From Giardia intestinalis (taxonomy: Eukaryota), in assembly GCA_000002435.2 (NCBI GenBank), contig CM018793.1: a stretch of DNA of 64,000 bases, one strand, 5' to 3'. Below the pieces are notes generated by a model. It was not told the origin of the DNA. It searched no databases and was given only the letters and a program-made list of their open reading frames with translations. This document shows, piece by piece, positions 30,101 through 38,326 of the stretch. Made by a program: the position numbers and the translations under genes. Position 1 is the first letter of the stretch. Every line of letters begins with the position of its first letter.

Positions 30101-33100
30101 CATCGATAGCAGGGGCTCCTCTTTGCCTTTCGTCCCCTTTTTCACTGGCTCCTGGACAGGAGGAGTCTTCAGCCTCTCATACGATGCCTTTAGAATAGAA
30201 GAAAGGCCCGTTAAGCAGGCCAATCTGTCGGATTCCACCGCTAATGTTGGTACTCCTGTGAGGCATCTGATTCTAATTGGATGCGACTCGATAGATGACA
30301 CTGCCCTGGGCTTCTCCGAGCTAATCGGTGGCCGCTTTAATAGACCTGACTGGGCGTCAGGCACAGGGAGTGGTGTTACTTTATCCAGAATAAGATAGTC
30401 TGAAATTGTGTATGGTTCCTCTTGACTTATCAAGTATAAGTTAGGTGGTGCTTGATCAGTTAAAGAAGCGTTAGAGGCGCTTCGTTGCGGAGTCAATGCA
30501 GGAGATTGGTCACCCATTCTTTTTTTGCTGAAAACACGACCCTTCTTGTGTAGTGTTGCATTGGCATATGGATGGGGTGGTGTTGCTTGGTCACTGAAAA
30601 GAACAACCTCATAATGTGCATATAGCATATTACGGTGGCTTTGGGACACATTCTCGGGGCAAAACGGAGTGTACTGATGTTCAGGATAGTAGCTCCAGTC
30701 AATCTGTTCCGGAGGAAATGATGCGCCACGTGTGACGGCATGCGGATCTATCAGGTTAATTTCGTGGAGTGCATAAATGAAGGGTATGTACATCCGTCCA
30801 GACATGGTGAGCAGGTATAACATCTCTCGGAGCATTAACTCTGCAACATCATGGACTATGGTTTCTATGGCAGTGTCAATTTTATCTTGTGGAATCCCTT
30901 GCTCCTCTACCAAAATGGGTGCACTGGGCGATGATCCATCAGCTGCTTGCTCCGCCTGCTCCACTGCTGAGAGGGCACAGGCTAATGACGTCCCATCATA
31001 TGGCTCTTTGGTCCCTGGATCAGCGTAGTACACATGCTTAAGAAATAGATGCTTGAATGAACGAAGTCCCTCCTGGTTGCCTCTGATATCTTTAGCTGTG
31101 TCTGTTGCCACAATTGGCTTTTGGGCTCCGGGAGGTTTCTTAACCTTTTCTGCCTCTAAGCGTGCGTGTTCTTCCTCTGCAACAGTCTGACACGTCAACT
31201 TCAGGCGATAATAGAAGACTGAGATCATAAAGGAGTCTGTCTTGGGTGCGAACGGTGCATCCTCCTCGCTGTTATGGTTATATGTCTGTAGGCTACGTCT
31301 GCGGTGTGCAAACTCCTTACAGACACTTTCCCAGAAGCAGGGCACAAAGCTCCCGACTCCTTCAGCAGCTTTAAGCTCAAGCAAGTGCCGTAGCTTAACC
31401 AGGTACACCAAGGCACCTCGTTGCTCAGTGTCAAAGGAAGACAAGTGGCCACCAAAAACGGTATTCAAGGGCCGGATTGATGAGGTCGCAGAGGCCATAG
31501 AAATAAGTGTAGACAGATTTTCTGCCCAAGAGGGGCGTGCAGACGCACTTATTAAACCGTTGGACATCAGCGAAAGGCGTTGCTTCGTTGCTCCCTTTCC
31601 CCTATTCATCACTTTAACAATCTGCTGTTCTAGAAGCATCTGACAATAAAAACCAATTCTTTCATAAAGAAATCTGGCTAGTGACGTGGGAACCACTGGG
31701 GCGGTTAAAGCTAGAAGCTCCTTACTCCTTGCAATGCCACGGCAAAAGACATCGTACTCTATAGACTCCAAGCTGGAAAGCACGACTAAGTCAGGCTCTT
31801 TGTCGGAGAAAGCGTCGACTACGACATGCTCCTGAATGAGAGCAAGACTGGACTGACGATACTTATCCAGCTGTCCTGCCTGAGAAGGGGGACCCACAGG
31901 ATTCTTGGAAAAAGGTGCTGGAGAGTCAGTAGGCACCTGCTCATTGCCTAATGGTGGTCTCATGCTTCCATGCAGAGAGAGAGTTGGAGAAGAATCTGTT
32001 TGCCGTGGTGGTACATGGGGCATTAGAAAAGCTTTGAGTGCGACAGAGTTATAAGCAGCAAGCTTTAAGTAATGGGGGGAGTTCTTGTAGAATAGGAGCT
32101 GCTTTGCCGGAAGAATCTCGTGGGTAAATCTCTTAATATTGCATGCAAGTCCTTCATTTGCAGCTTTAAAGCGGGAGTCAACCTTCACAAGCGCAAATCT
32201 AGCGGTTGTAGGAATTTGCATTGGAGGCAGTGCAGCCGCTCGGAGAGTTGCGTTGACCCTATTCTCGGTGTGCTGTGTGCAACCAGAAGATCCCAGCCGA
32301 GCCGCATTTAGATACCCAAACGTGGACACAAGAGCATGGGGAAGAGAGGAGTTGATGGGAGACGCCTCAGGGTCAGCCGCCAAGTGATAAAGCCCGAATA
32401 TACGCCGCTGTTTGATGGGCGTCTGCATGGATCCATAAGCTTCTAACTCATCGGGGAAATAATCATCAGTGTACCCTGCAAGTAGCGATTGTACACTGAG
32501 ATCAAGCCCCTCGCATTCAATAACGAGGTCGCTCAGAAGCTGCTTTATGTCATTAGCAACCCCCGCCCATGACACGTTAAGAGTGCCTGTCTCGTGAATG
32601 TGCATAGCTTTAGTATTGATATTATATTTTGCTATGCCCCGCTCTTTGACTCGTTCTCTATTATCTAATTCAGTAACACGGGACACCTCCATGGCCAAGA
32701 AAACCAGTTCAGAAACTAGCTCTGCGCACATCTGCCGTAAATATAAATCGGACATCATTTTAACTCCACGCTTACTGAGGGACCTAATGGAGTTGCTGAT
32801 CTGTAAGAAGTCGGAAGATATGCCGTAGCATCGGATATTTATCCGAGTCGAAGTACCATCGGCTGCCGTTTCTATCAGTCTATTTGCATGCAGAGTATCT
32901 TCTAAACTAAGAAGGGATACCTCAACAGCAGGAGATGTAACTATCCAATATTCTCGAAGTATTATGCCAGGAGCTGCAACTCCTGTCTCAGAAAGTGGTA
33001 GGATAAAGCCTATAGATGTAGAGCACCCTGGGTTTAAGTTCCAAGTAGATGATGGAACGGAAACTATCAAGTTAGTTTCAGTACTCTTATTTTCTTTTAG

Positions 33101-34600
33101 AAACTGTGTTGCCAAGACACGTAGTTCAACAGGGGTTGTCGACTTTTGAATGAGCCTCTTTGCATCTATTCCCGCTTGTGATGGAGCTATATTTGCGGTG
33201 AGAGTCTCGCTCAGTGCATGCTTCCTGGTTTCTATATCCTCTACAGACCCCCTCTTGGATTGATTCCGCGAAGGTTCTGAAGAGCCCACAATATTGACTG
33301 TTGCTCCTAGTGACATGTGGCTTGTAGTAGAGATGTTGCTCTTGTAACGCTTGGGGTCCTGTGACACCAAATCCAGAAGCCTGTTGACGGAACTACTAGG
33401 AACCGCGCCTAAATTCTGCCGGAGTTTGTGAACGGGTGCATTACTGTTAACGCTCATGAGAGATCGAGTTGACTCTGGGCTGCGGGCCCTGTCGGTGAAG
33501 ACGTCCCGGCCTTCAAACATTGACATTTTAGAACTAAACTGAATGGGGTCCACAGTGGCCAGGTCTATCGCGCCTTTCGGAACTAGCTTCAATGAGACAA
33601 CGGAATCTCCCATATTACGCACTGTTACCGTGGCAACATTATATCCTACTTTTTCTCTGGAATTATAGATCACGGTGGTGAGGTTCGTTATCTCTATTCG
33701 CGGGTGAAGCTCTTGTAGTGCAAACGCGATTGGCTCCATGATGCAGGTCGTGTTTATTTTATCTGTGTTCAGGTTTAATTCGGGCATATAGGTAGTGACT
33801 ATGTGACTGTTTTTCTCTGTAATGTACTGGGCGATCTTGTCTGCCTTCTGTGCAGCTGTGCCGGCTGGCAAGCGTTGCCCACGCGCATTGAGAGTGCTAA
33901 GAATACCAGTAGTGTTTGTGCGGGCTGAATTGACCTGACAGTCTGTCGGGGTAGTGTTTGGAGAGATTGAGTCTGATAAGGATACAGGGGCTGCGGTGGC
34001 ATCGTGCTTGGTGATCCTACTTGACGATATGGTAACTGAGTGTTCGTTATTTGGTGAGTCTTGCAAGTGATTTGGGCCTGTTGGCGAATGCTTGTTCTGG
34101 GTCTTCTGGGCCAAGAGTGAAAATTCCGCATCTGGTAGGTCACAGGACGGCTGCATGGCTCTAGAAATAGCCCGCTGAGCAACCCGCGATCTATAATCTT
34201 CCAGCTCCTTGCGTAGATCGTCTGGAAGGTGATGAGCAAAGTCACGATACTTGGGCATGTTGATAATATTTTGGAGGCTTATCGCATTGGGGTCATTGGA
34301 AACTACACACTGCAAACCTGAGTATCTTCCGCCGACAGGAACAACCTGTGTAGTCTGAAGGGTGCGAAGGGATGACTCCCATGATAAATTTGCCCTCTGC
34401 CGTCGCTTTGCCTCATTGATAGCATCCAATCTTACCTTCTCTCGGTGCAAGGTAGAGATGTTCAAGATAGATTGAGTGTCCTTTCTAAGTATTGACGCTC
34501 GCTCCATATTGGCCTCCCAGGCTAGTGCATGTTTAGCGAGTAGCTCTTGCGCCTTTCGCTTGCGGGTAGCTGGCGAAGGGGCCCGGTATATATTTTGCAT
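27161..34600 (-). CDS. giant hypothetical protein (about 2480 aa)
   Basis: Continuous 7.4-kb ORF. The track start is GTG; first ATG is at 34598-34600. No obvious catalytic motif. One segment (YNVATVTVRNMGDSVVSLKLVPKGAIDLATVDPIQF) resembles an MSP/ASH-type beta-sandwich. Confidence 0.8.
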   Translation of the reverse strand: MQNIYRAPSPATRKRKAQELLAKHALAWEANMERASILRKDTQSILNISTLHREKVRLDAINEAKRRQRANLSWESSLRTLQTTQVVPVGGRYSGLQCVVSNDPNAISLQNIINMPKYRDFAHHLPDDLRKELEDYRSRVAQRAISRAMQPSCDLPDAEFSLLAQKTQNKHSPTGPNHLQDSPNNEHSVTISSSRITKHDATAAPVSLSDSISPNTTPTDCQVNSARTNTTGILSTLNARGQRLPAGTAAQKADKIAQYITEKNSHIVTTYMPELNLNTDKINTTCIMEPIAFALQELHPRIEITNLTTVIYNSREKVGYNVATVTVRNMGDSVVSLKLVPKGAIDLATVDPIQFSSKMSMFEGRDVFTDRARSPESTRSLMSVNSNAPVHKLRQNLGAVPSSSVNRLLDLVSQDPKRYKSNISTTSHMSLGATVNIVGSSEPSRNQSKRGSVEDIETRKHALSETLTANIAPSQAGIDAKRLIQKSTTPVELRVLATQFLKENKSTETNLIVSVPSSTWNLNPGCSTSIGFILPLSETGVAAPGIILREYWIVTSPAVEVSLLSLEDTLHANRLIETAADGTSTRINIRCYGISSDFLQISNSIRSLSKRGVKMMSDLYLRQMCAELVSELVFLAMEVSRVTELDNRERVKERGIAKYNINTKAMHIHETGTLNVSWAGVANDIKQLLSDLVIECEGLDLSVQSLLAGYTDDYFPDELEAYGSMQTPIKQRRIFGLYHLAADPEASPINSSLPHALVSTFGYLNAARLGSSGCTQHTENRVNATLRAAALPPMQIPTTARFALVKVDSRFKAANEGLACNIKRFTHEILPAKQLLFYKNSPHYLKLAAYNSVALKAFLMPHVPPRQTDSSPTLSLHGSMRPPLGNEQVPTDSPAPFSKNPVGPPSQAGQLDKYRQSSLALIQEHVVVDAFSDKEPDLVVLSSLESIEYDVFCRGIARSKELLALTAPVVPTSLARFLYERIGFYCQMLLEQQIVKVMNRGKGATKQRLSLMSNGLISASARPSWAENLSTLISMASATSSIRPLNTVFGGHLSSFDTEQRGALVYLVKLRHLLELKAAEGVGSFVPCFWESVCKEFAHRRRSLQTYNHNSEEDAPFAPKTDSFMISVFYYRLKLTCQTVAEEEHARLEAEKVKKPPGAQKPIVATDTAKDIRGNQEGLRSFKHLFLKHVYYADPGTKEPYDGTSLACALSAVEQAEQAADGSSPSAPILVEEQGIPQDKIDTAIETIVHDVAELMLREMLYLLTMSGRMYIPFIYALHEINLIDPHAVTRGASFPPEQIDWSYYPEHQYTPFCPENVSQSHRNMLYAHYEVVLFSDQATPPHPYANATLHKKGRVFSKKRMGDQSPALTPQRSASNASLTDQAPPNLYLISQEEPYTISDYLILDKVTPLPVPDAQSGLLKRPPISSEKPRAVSSIESHPIRIRCLTGVPTLAVESDRLACLTGLSSILKASYERLKTPPVQEPVKKGTKGKEEPLLSMTAIPLPKTFLGIFFADADPNTLASRLFSRSFFEANACFLTGLTSATTPATLSETQTAALSDAFECLAITTFQPFRPMQLNYALLDAVFAAIQLSSFPKTETIDNMVHYISVVGFRHAKTVFNKQCAVVNRARAQLCKYVVEICSCLFAKSIGLSLPLQQPPALGGTGSSSSSKSKGSDATTLSLIQLVDSFKTSMSIYLAQNFNSEVVFLDPNLLLHLGRLIMESSCPALPDVPHLTNIFSEMTNYMNLSLYAYGIEDCTPFTTEKLIRNVDKIDEELDEDLEGKLMATNSPGHHLNHSNFSSTIAKPGIAKRSRNRGNLTLSVSIMEDGPRPYLGLTEQTEDLYLESLTSQQIKEYQLAKAFYKGLGEDVTSVDRFTKKRVDYDPEFNEPLDIGSLIYELKLASFQREFDTFIDALFTHYTDDLIAEHCDRLRLYDDELDEYELTYQKLVGIANGELTAEEAGIDPDAAIHPSELPVPAKPDVTLYPTFQKPELKNDADCFTIRKYIGFTYSSSYQKTSLEYLVEGLILTMLELVQIAKRVYRSQAPLEYDTQEYDRKFDDAVWGIISACGYTESDVKAIEARYALPDRLESPSSNQDVHRVTSYTYLSDEVEDELSGPMSAFPKRPPSDCVEVPNTNDTLAHREDTPFDKEMVAPEVAAVGSKEGIDNGDSGEDGEWRNDAQFYQEPPQLSKSFQVPVETLEKLCALFCIKPSSLTDAESMKAQALAAIQAKDTPGCSTIDVSLISFIENIGVRTLSSFESLYSYLSTHIDTAGVSSGASKAMRLPVYLSLLTPSGPFGTIFADAIVQPSATKCAYVVDITEENALLLAGNLGILPPKPEKDMKSKTSPTKSNAPQKDQKLPTKSELVPQEGKNLLDAAVEGLAGSSKFQEGVKEGEEEATSDVDDSMVSQVEEEYIAPMNKPVEIDTVARRDVWGVLFDRFIDRALTWVDACNKVPELVIKVVNYSVRDFADFVDY

Positions 34601-34665
34601 CAACACGCAACGAAGCTCAACAGAGCTAGAGCCTTAATTTTTTAAATCGGGATTTGAAATTTTAT
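34601..34665. promoter_or_regulatory. 65-nt bidirectional promoter region between the 2480-aa gene (-) and the 344-aa gene (+)
   Basis: caacacgcaacgaagctcaacagagctagagccttaattttttaaatcgggatttgaaattttat. An AT-rich core (ttaattttttaaatc) is shared by the divergent starts. Confidence 0.4.
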
Positions 34666-35697
34666 ATGACCCATGAAGCGTCTCAGCTGAAGGAGTCGCT
34701 GCTGGCCAAGTCACGGTCATCTAGACGCTCCCGGTGGGATGAAGATGATGACTTGGCGTGTAGTGCCCTAGATGTCAACGAAGGCACACTTCCAAATGAG
34801 TTGGAAAGTCATTACCTCTTGCTTAAGATTGCAGGGAGCAAATCACAGACCCATTCCACTTGTTTTGCTGCCTCAGAAAATAACTGTGCTCCTCTAGCCT
34901 TGAGCGCTGTTCCTGTGGGCCGTTCAGCAATGGTTGAAGTCGACCGCATGGCTTTACACTCTGCAACGTCAGACTCTGGCTCTGCCGCGTTTCAAAGTCG
35001 CCCTATGTACGCCACGCATGGGGCAAGGTGTGCTCCGATTCCTGGGCTTCAAAGCTCTTCCAAACGTATGGCCAGGAGTCATGCTTTGGTTGCACACGGC
35101 ACCACTGTCAACCTACCAGCAACTCCTTTAATATGCAGCCTTCGTGCCACTGAAGCCAACAAGAACCTATCAACTACTATGAAAACTGTCGCCTCTACAT
35201 TAGAGCAGCAGTACACTTCTCTTCTCAAAGATGCAGCAACTAAAACTGGTGAAGCAGCAGCGCTTTACTATCTCCACACAAAGGCCTTAGCATTCAATGA
35301 TCTGCTGGACCGGGCTGAGGCGCATGACCGGGGACAAGACGTCACGCAATACAACACCATATTTTCATGCTACAATGACTGGAGGCAGAGCCTAGATAAT
35401 ATTGTATTAGACGAGGCCTTTTCTACTAATCAGTTGGCGATAGAACAGCCGGATGCTTTCACTGACGGGACACATTCCTCTGTGGTTCAAGCTACAAAGC
35501 TTGTTCTGCTTCAGGAGGGTGACAGTTGGTTTACAAAGGAGCTTCTTAAGAAGCTGGACCACTATCGGGCTTGTGAACAGTGCGTTCGCGAGGATCTTGC
35601 AAATCTCTTACTCGGTTTAAATCCCCAAAACCTAAAGATCCCTGAATCTCAGCGAGGAATGCTTCTTTTAGTACTGTCAGAGCTCTACACGATATAA
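34666..35697 (+). CDS. hypothetical protein (344 aa)
   Basis: ORF-track start 34654 is TTG; first ATG is at 34666 after ttaaatcgggatttgaaattttat. Divergent from the giant gene with a 65-nt spacer. Confidence 0.6.
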   Translation: MTHEASQLKESLLAKSRSSRRSRWDEDDDLACSALDVNEGTLPNELESHYLLLKIAGSKSQTHSTCFAASENNCAPLALSAVPVGRSAMVEVDRMALHSATSDSGSAAFQSRPMYATHGARCAPIPGLQSSSKRMARSHALVAHGTTVNLPATPLICSLRATEANKNLSTTMKTVASTLEQQYTSLLKDAATKTGEAAALYYLHTKALAFNDLLDRAEAHDRGQDVTQYNTIFSCYNDWRQSLDNIVLDEAFSTNQLAIEQPDAFTDGTHSSVVQATKLVLLQEGDSWFTKELLKKLDHYRACEQCVREDLANLLLGLNPQNLKIPESQRGMLLLVLSELYTI

Positions 35698-35741
35698 TCT
35701 ACAGTTTACTCTGGACCAGTCATCAGCTGCGGAAAACAAAA

Positions 35742-37160
35742 ATGGCACTTCTGGAAACGACAGGGGCTTTAGCGAGCAAGGTGGGCTTTGATGTATATTG
35801 CGCACTATGCAATGAAAAATTTTCGTACTCCATGAAATTACATAGTCTGTGCCAGCATGCGATTCTTTGTCATGGTATTCGGGTTTTCGAGGATCTATTG
35901 CGTTATTTTAATGGGAAACCCATACTTAGGGCTAGTGACCTTTTATGTGGCCAGTGCTATAACATCTACGGTCCAAACACGCGACACTTCTCAACTGAAC
36001 ATAAAATTAATGATAGGTATTACTGTAAGCTGTGTAATTTTACAACAACACGAGCATCTTTATACCAATTTCATAATCATATACTAAAATCTAATGCGAC
36101 ATGGTGTATCGGCTGCAATAAATTTTTAATGAGATCCAATTGGTTGTCGAGCCACTTCAGGATTTGTCCTGGAAGATTGCTTAGTTATAAGCGAGATTAT
36201 GAGATTGCCAATGACCATGCTTCCACAGAGATACACTCTAATACTATTGAGCTCAAACCTAAACCATATGTTTTTCCTAACTATGGTTGTGAGGAAACTT
36301 TACAGACTCTAAAAGGGCTTAAAGTCATTGACAAAGCCTGGCGCTCGCAACTGAAGTGGTGGTCATGCCGCCTCTGCTCCAAGCCTCCTTCTATTAAGTG
36401 TAGAGCATGCTCGACATCCTATTGTGCTACCTGTCAACAAGTCGATCCATACCTATGTACAAAGATGGTTTGCATGCGTTGCTACATGCACGCCTATTCT
36501 GTGTGGAATGATCCCGTGTTGGTATTTACTAAGGGGTTGTTCGGAATTCTTTCCGGATTTACTAGGCCGAGGAATTCGACGAGCCTGCGGAACAGCCGCG
36601 GACTAGCTATGCACGGACCTTACGCTGCCAAAGCGGGCGCAATTGTTTCAGAGGCTCTTGCGCTTGCCGTGCCGTTAGATAGACTTAATATTCCATACGG
36701 ACTTGAGCGCCTGGTTGAGGCCACACAGTACGATGATAATGGGATGCCATGCTTTCTAGCTGACTTCGGCCCTTATGTGTTTTTCGCGGGGAGCGTGATG
36801 GTTCCGCCTCTATATTTTGCTCGTGATTCTTCAGACCCTATGTGTAGGCTTGAAGTAACTCTGTTGGCAGGCTTAAACATTGGCTACCCTGTCGCTGTTG
36901 TTACTCTCCGTGCAGTCAAAGACTTTGCGATAGGACGAAACAAAGTTCGCGAAATTACTATTCGTCGCCAGTGCCTTACGGAATATCCATGGCGGGGTGC
37001 TGCGCGCTTCTGTCTCGATCCTATCTTAGCAATACCCCCTCAGCACAAACCTACAGAATTACCTCCAGATACTCCATGTCCCAGGAGCGCATTCAGTCAG
37101 TACTTTGCAGGGAAATCGCCGTTTGGAGAACCAAAAGAGTCTTTAGTCTCAATTCAATGA
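35742..37160 (+). CDS. multi-zinc-finger protein (C2H2-like fingers plus HIT/MYND-like Cys cluster)
   Basis: CALCNEKFSYSMKLHSLCQHAILCH; YYCKLCNFTTTRASLYQFHNH; CIGCNKFLMRSNWLSSHFRIC; and CRLCSKPPSIKCRACSTSYCATCQ...CMRCYMH. Confidence 0.7.
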   Translation: MALLETTGALASKVGFDVYCALCNEKFSYSMKLHSLCQHAILCHGIRVFEDLLRYFNGKPILRASDLLCGQCYNIYGPNTRHFSTEHKINDRYYCKLCNFTTTRASLYQFHNHILKSNATWCIGCNKFLMRSNWLSSHFRICPGRLLSYKRDYEIANDHASTEIHSNTIELKPKPYVFPNYGCEETLQTLKGLKVIDKAWRSQLKWWSCRLCSKPPSIKCRACSTSYCATCQQVDPYLCTKMVCMRCYMHAYSVWNDPVLVFTKGLFGILSGFTRPRNSTSLRNSRGLAMHGPYAAKAGAIVSEALALAVPLDRLNIPYGLERLVEATQYDDNGMPCFLADFGPYVFFAGSVMVPPLYFARDSSDPMCRLEVTLLAGLNIGYPVAVVTLRAVKDFAIGRNKVREITIRRQCLTEYPWRGAARFCLDPILAIPPQHKPTELPPDTPCPRSAFSQYFAGKSPFGEPKESLVSIQ

Positions 37161-37204
37161 TCTGTCCGGACAAAAACAATCAAAAAACTGAGAGCAGATA
37201 GTGA

Positions 37205-38209
37205 ATGACAGAAGCTTTTCAGATCACGCTGTGCCGTATGCATGAGTCGCCTGTCCCTGCGCAGCACCAGTATGTGCTGTGCAGGGTCGACAGGTCTCAT
37301 GACATCGGGTTTTACATTCACTTATTGGAGTGGAACAATACAGAGGCCTTGCTTCCTGCTAGTTCTATTGCCCAGCGTCGCATAAAAAATATCAATAGCT
37401 ACCTTCGTCCTGGGCAGGAGATCACTCTGGAGGTTGCTCGCATCGACGTTGACCGAGGGTACATAGATTTGGACGAGAGATCAGTAACACCTCAGGACAA
37501 GGAAGACTGCAAGATGGAGTTTTATCGCAACAATACTATTCACACATTGATGCGTCACCTAGCGCTGCTCTTTAAAATACCCAAGCTCATCATTCTTTAT
37601 AAAGTCTTGGGCTGGCCCACTGCGGCTTTAGACGAGGAGCAATCTGTATATAACGCTTTTAGATGTGCAGTGACTTCGTTCGATAGGGTTTTCAAGCAAA
37701 TTCTGGACGATTACTATGAGCACGGCTACATTGCAAAAGAGGGAGATTATGACTTATCCCACGGCTTGGTTACCATGGAAGAGCTGAATGCTATTAAGAA
37801 TACCGTCCCTCGTGCTGCTCTGGAGAAGCAGTTAAAAGACCAACTGAACACGCGCCTCCGTGAGCGACCTGTCAAACTCTCCTGTGACATCAGTGTTACC
37901 ATCTGCCGCGGGATCTTGGGAATCGAGACTATTAAAGATGCTTTACGGGAGGGGCTTAAATACGCTGCAGAGCATCCGCTCACTACCAGCGAAGACGCCA
38001 CTCAGACGGCCGACGAGCAGCCGCTTACCATCAAGATGCATGTTGCGCCCATTTACACTATCTCTGTGCAGACCATATACCAGAAGGAAGCAAAGGAATT
38101 AATTAGCTCCGTGTGCAAGGTGATCGAAGCCAACATTGTTGCTGCTGGCGGAAGGTTTTCCATAGAAAAAGAGGCAACCATCGTCACCTCGGACAAGACT
38201 GACAAGTAA
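37205..38209 (+). CDS. translation initiation factor eIF2 alpha subunit
   Basis: S1-domain and eIF2alpha signature: YIHLLEWNNTEALLPASSIAQRRIKNINSYLRPGQEITLEVARIDVDRGYIDLDERSVTPQD, parallel to human [50 protein letters not shown]. Confidence 0.9.
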   Translation: MTEAFQITLCRMHESPVPAQHQYVLCRVDRSHDIGFYIHLLEWNNTEALLPASSIAQRRIKNINSYLRPGQEITLEVARIDVDRGYIDLDERSVTPQDKEDCKMEFYRNNTIHTLMRHLALLFKIPKLIILYKVLGWPTAALDEEQSVYNAFRCAVTSFDRVFKQILDDYYEHGYIAKEGDYDLSHGLVTMEELNAIKNTVPRAALEKQLKDQLNTRLRERPVKLSCDISVTICRGILGIETIKDALREGLKYAAEHPLTTSEDATQTADEQPLTIKMHVAPIYTISVQTIYQKEAKELISSVCKVIEANIVAAGGRFSIEKEATIVTSDKTDK

Positions 38210-38326
38210 ATTTGCGGCTTGTCCTGGCTACTTCAACGCTGGGCATCAATAACATCAACAAGGTCAACAAGGAGCAGAAAGCATCTATCACAAATAAAGT
38301 AATTTAATTTGGATTTGAGTCCAGGC

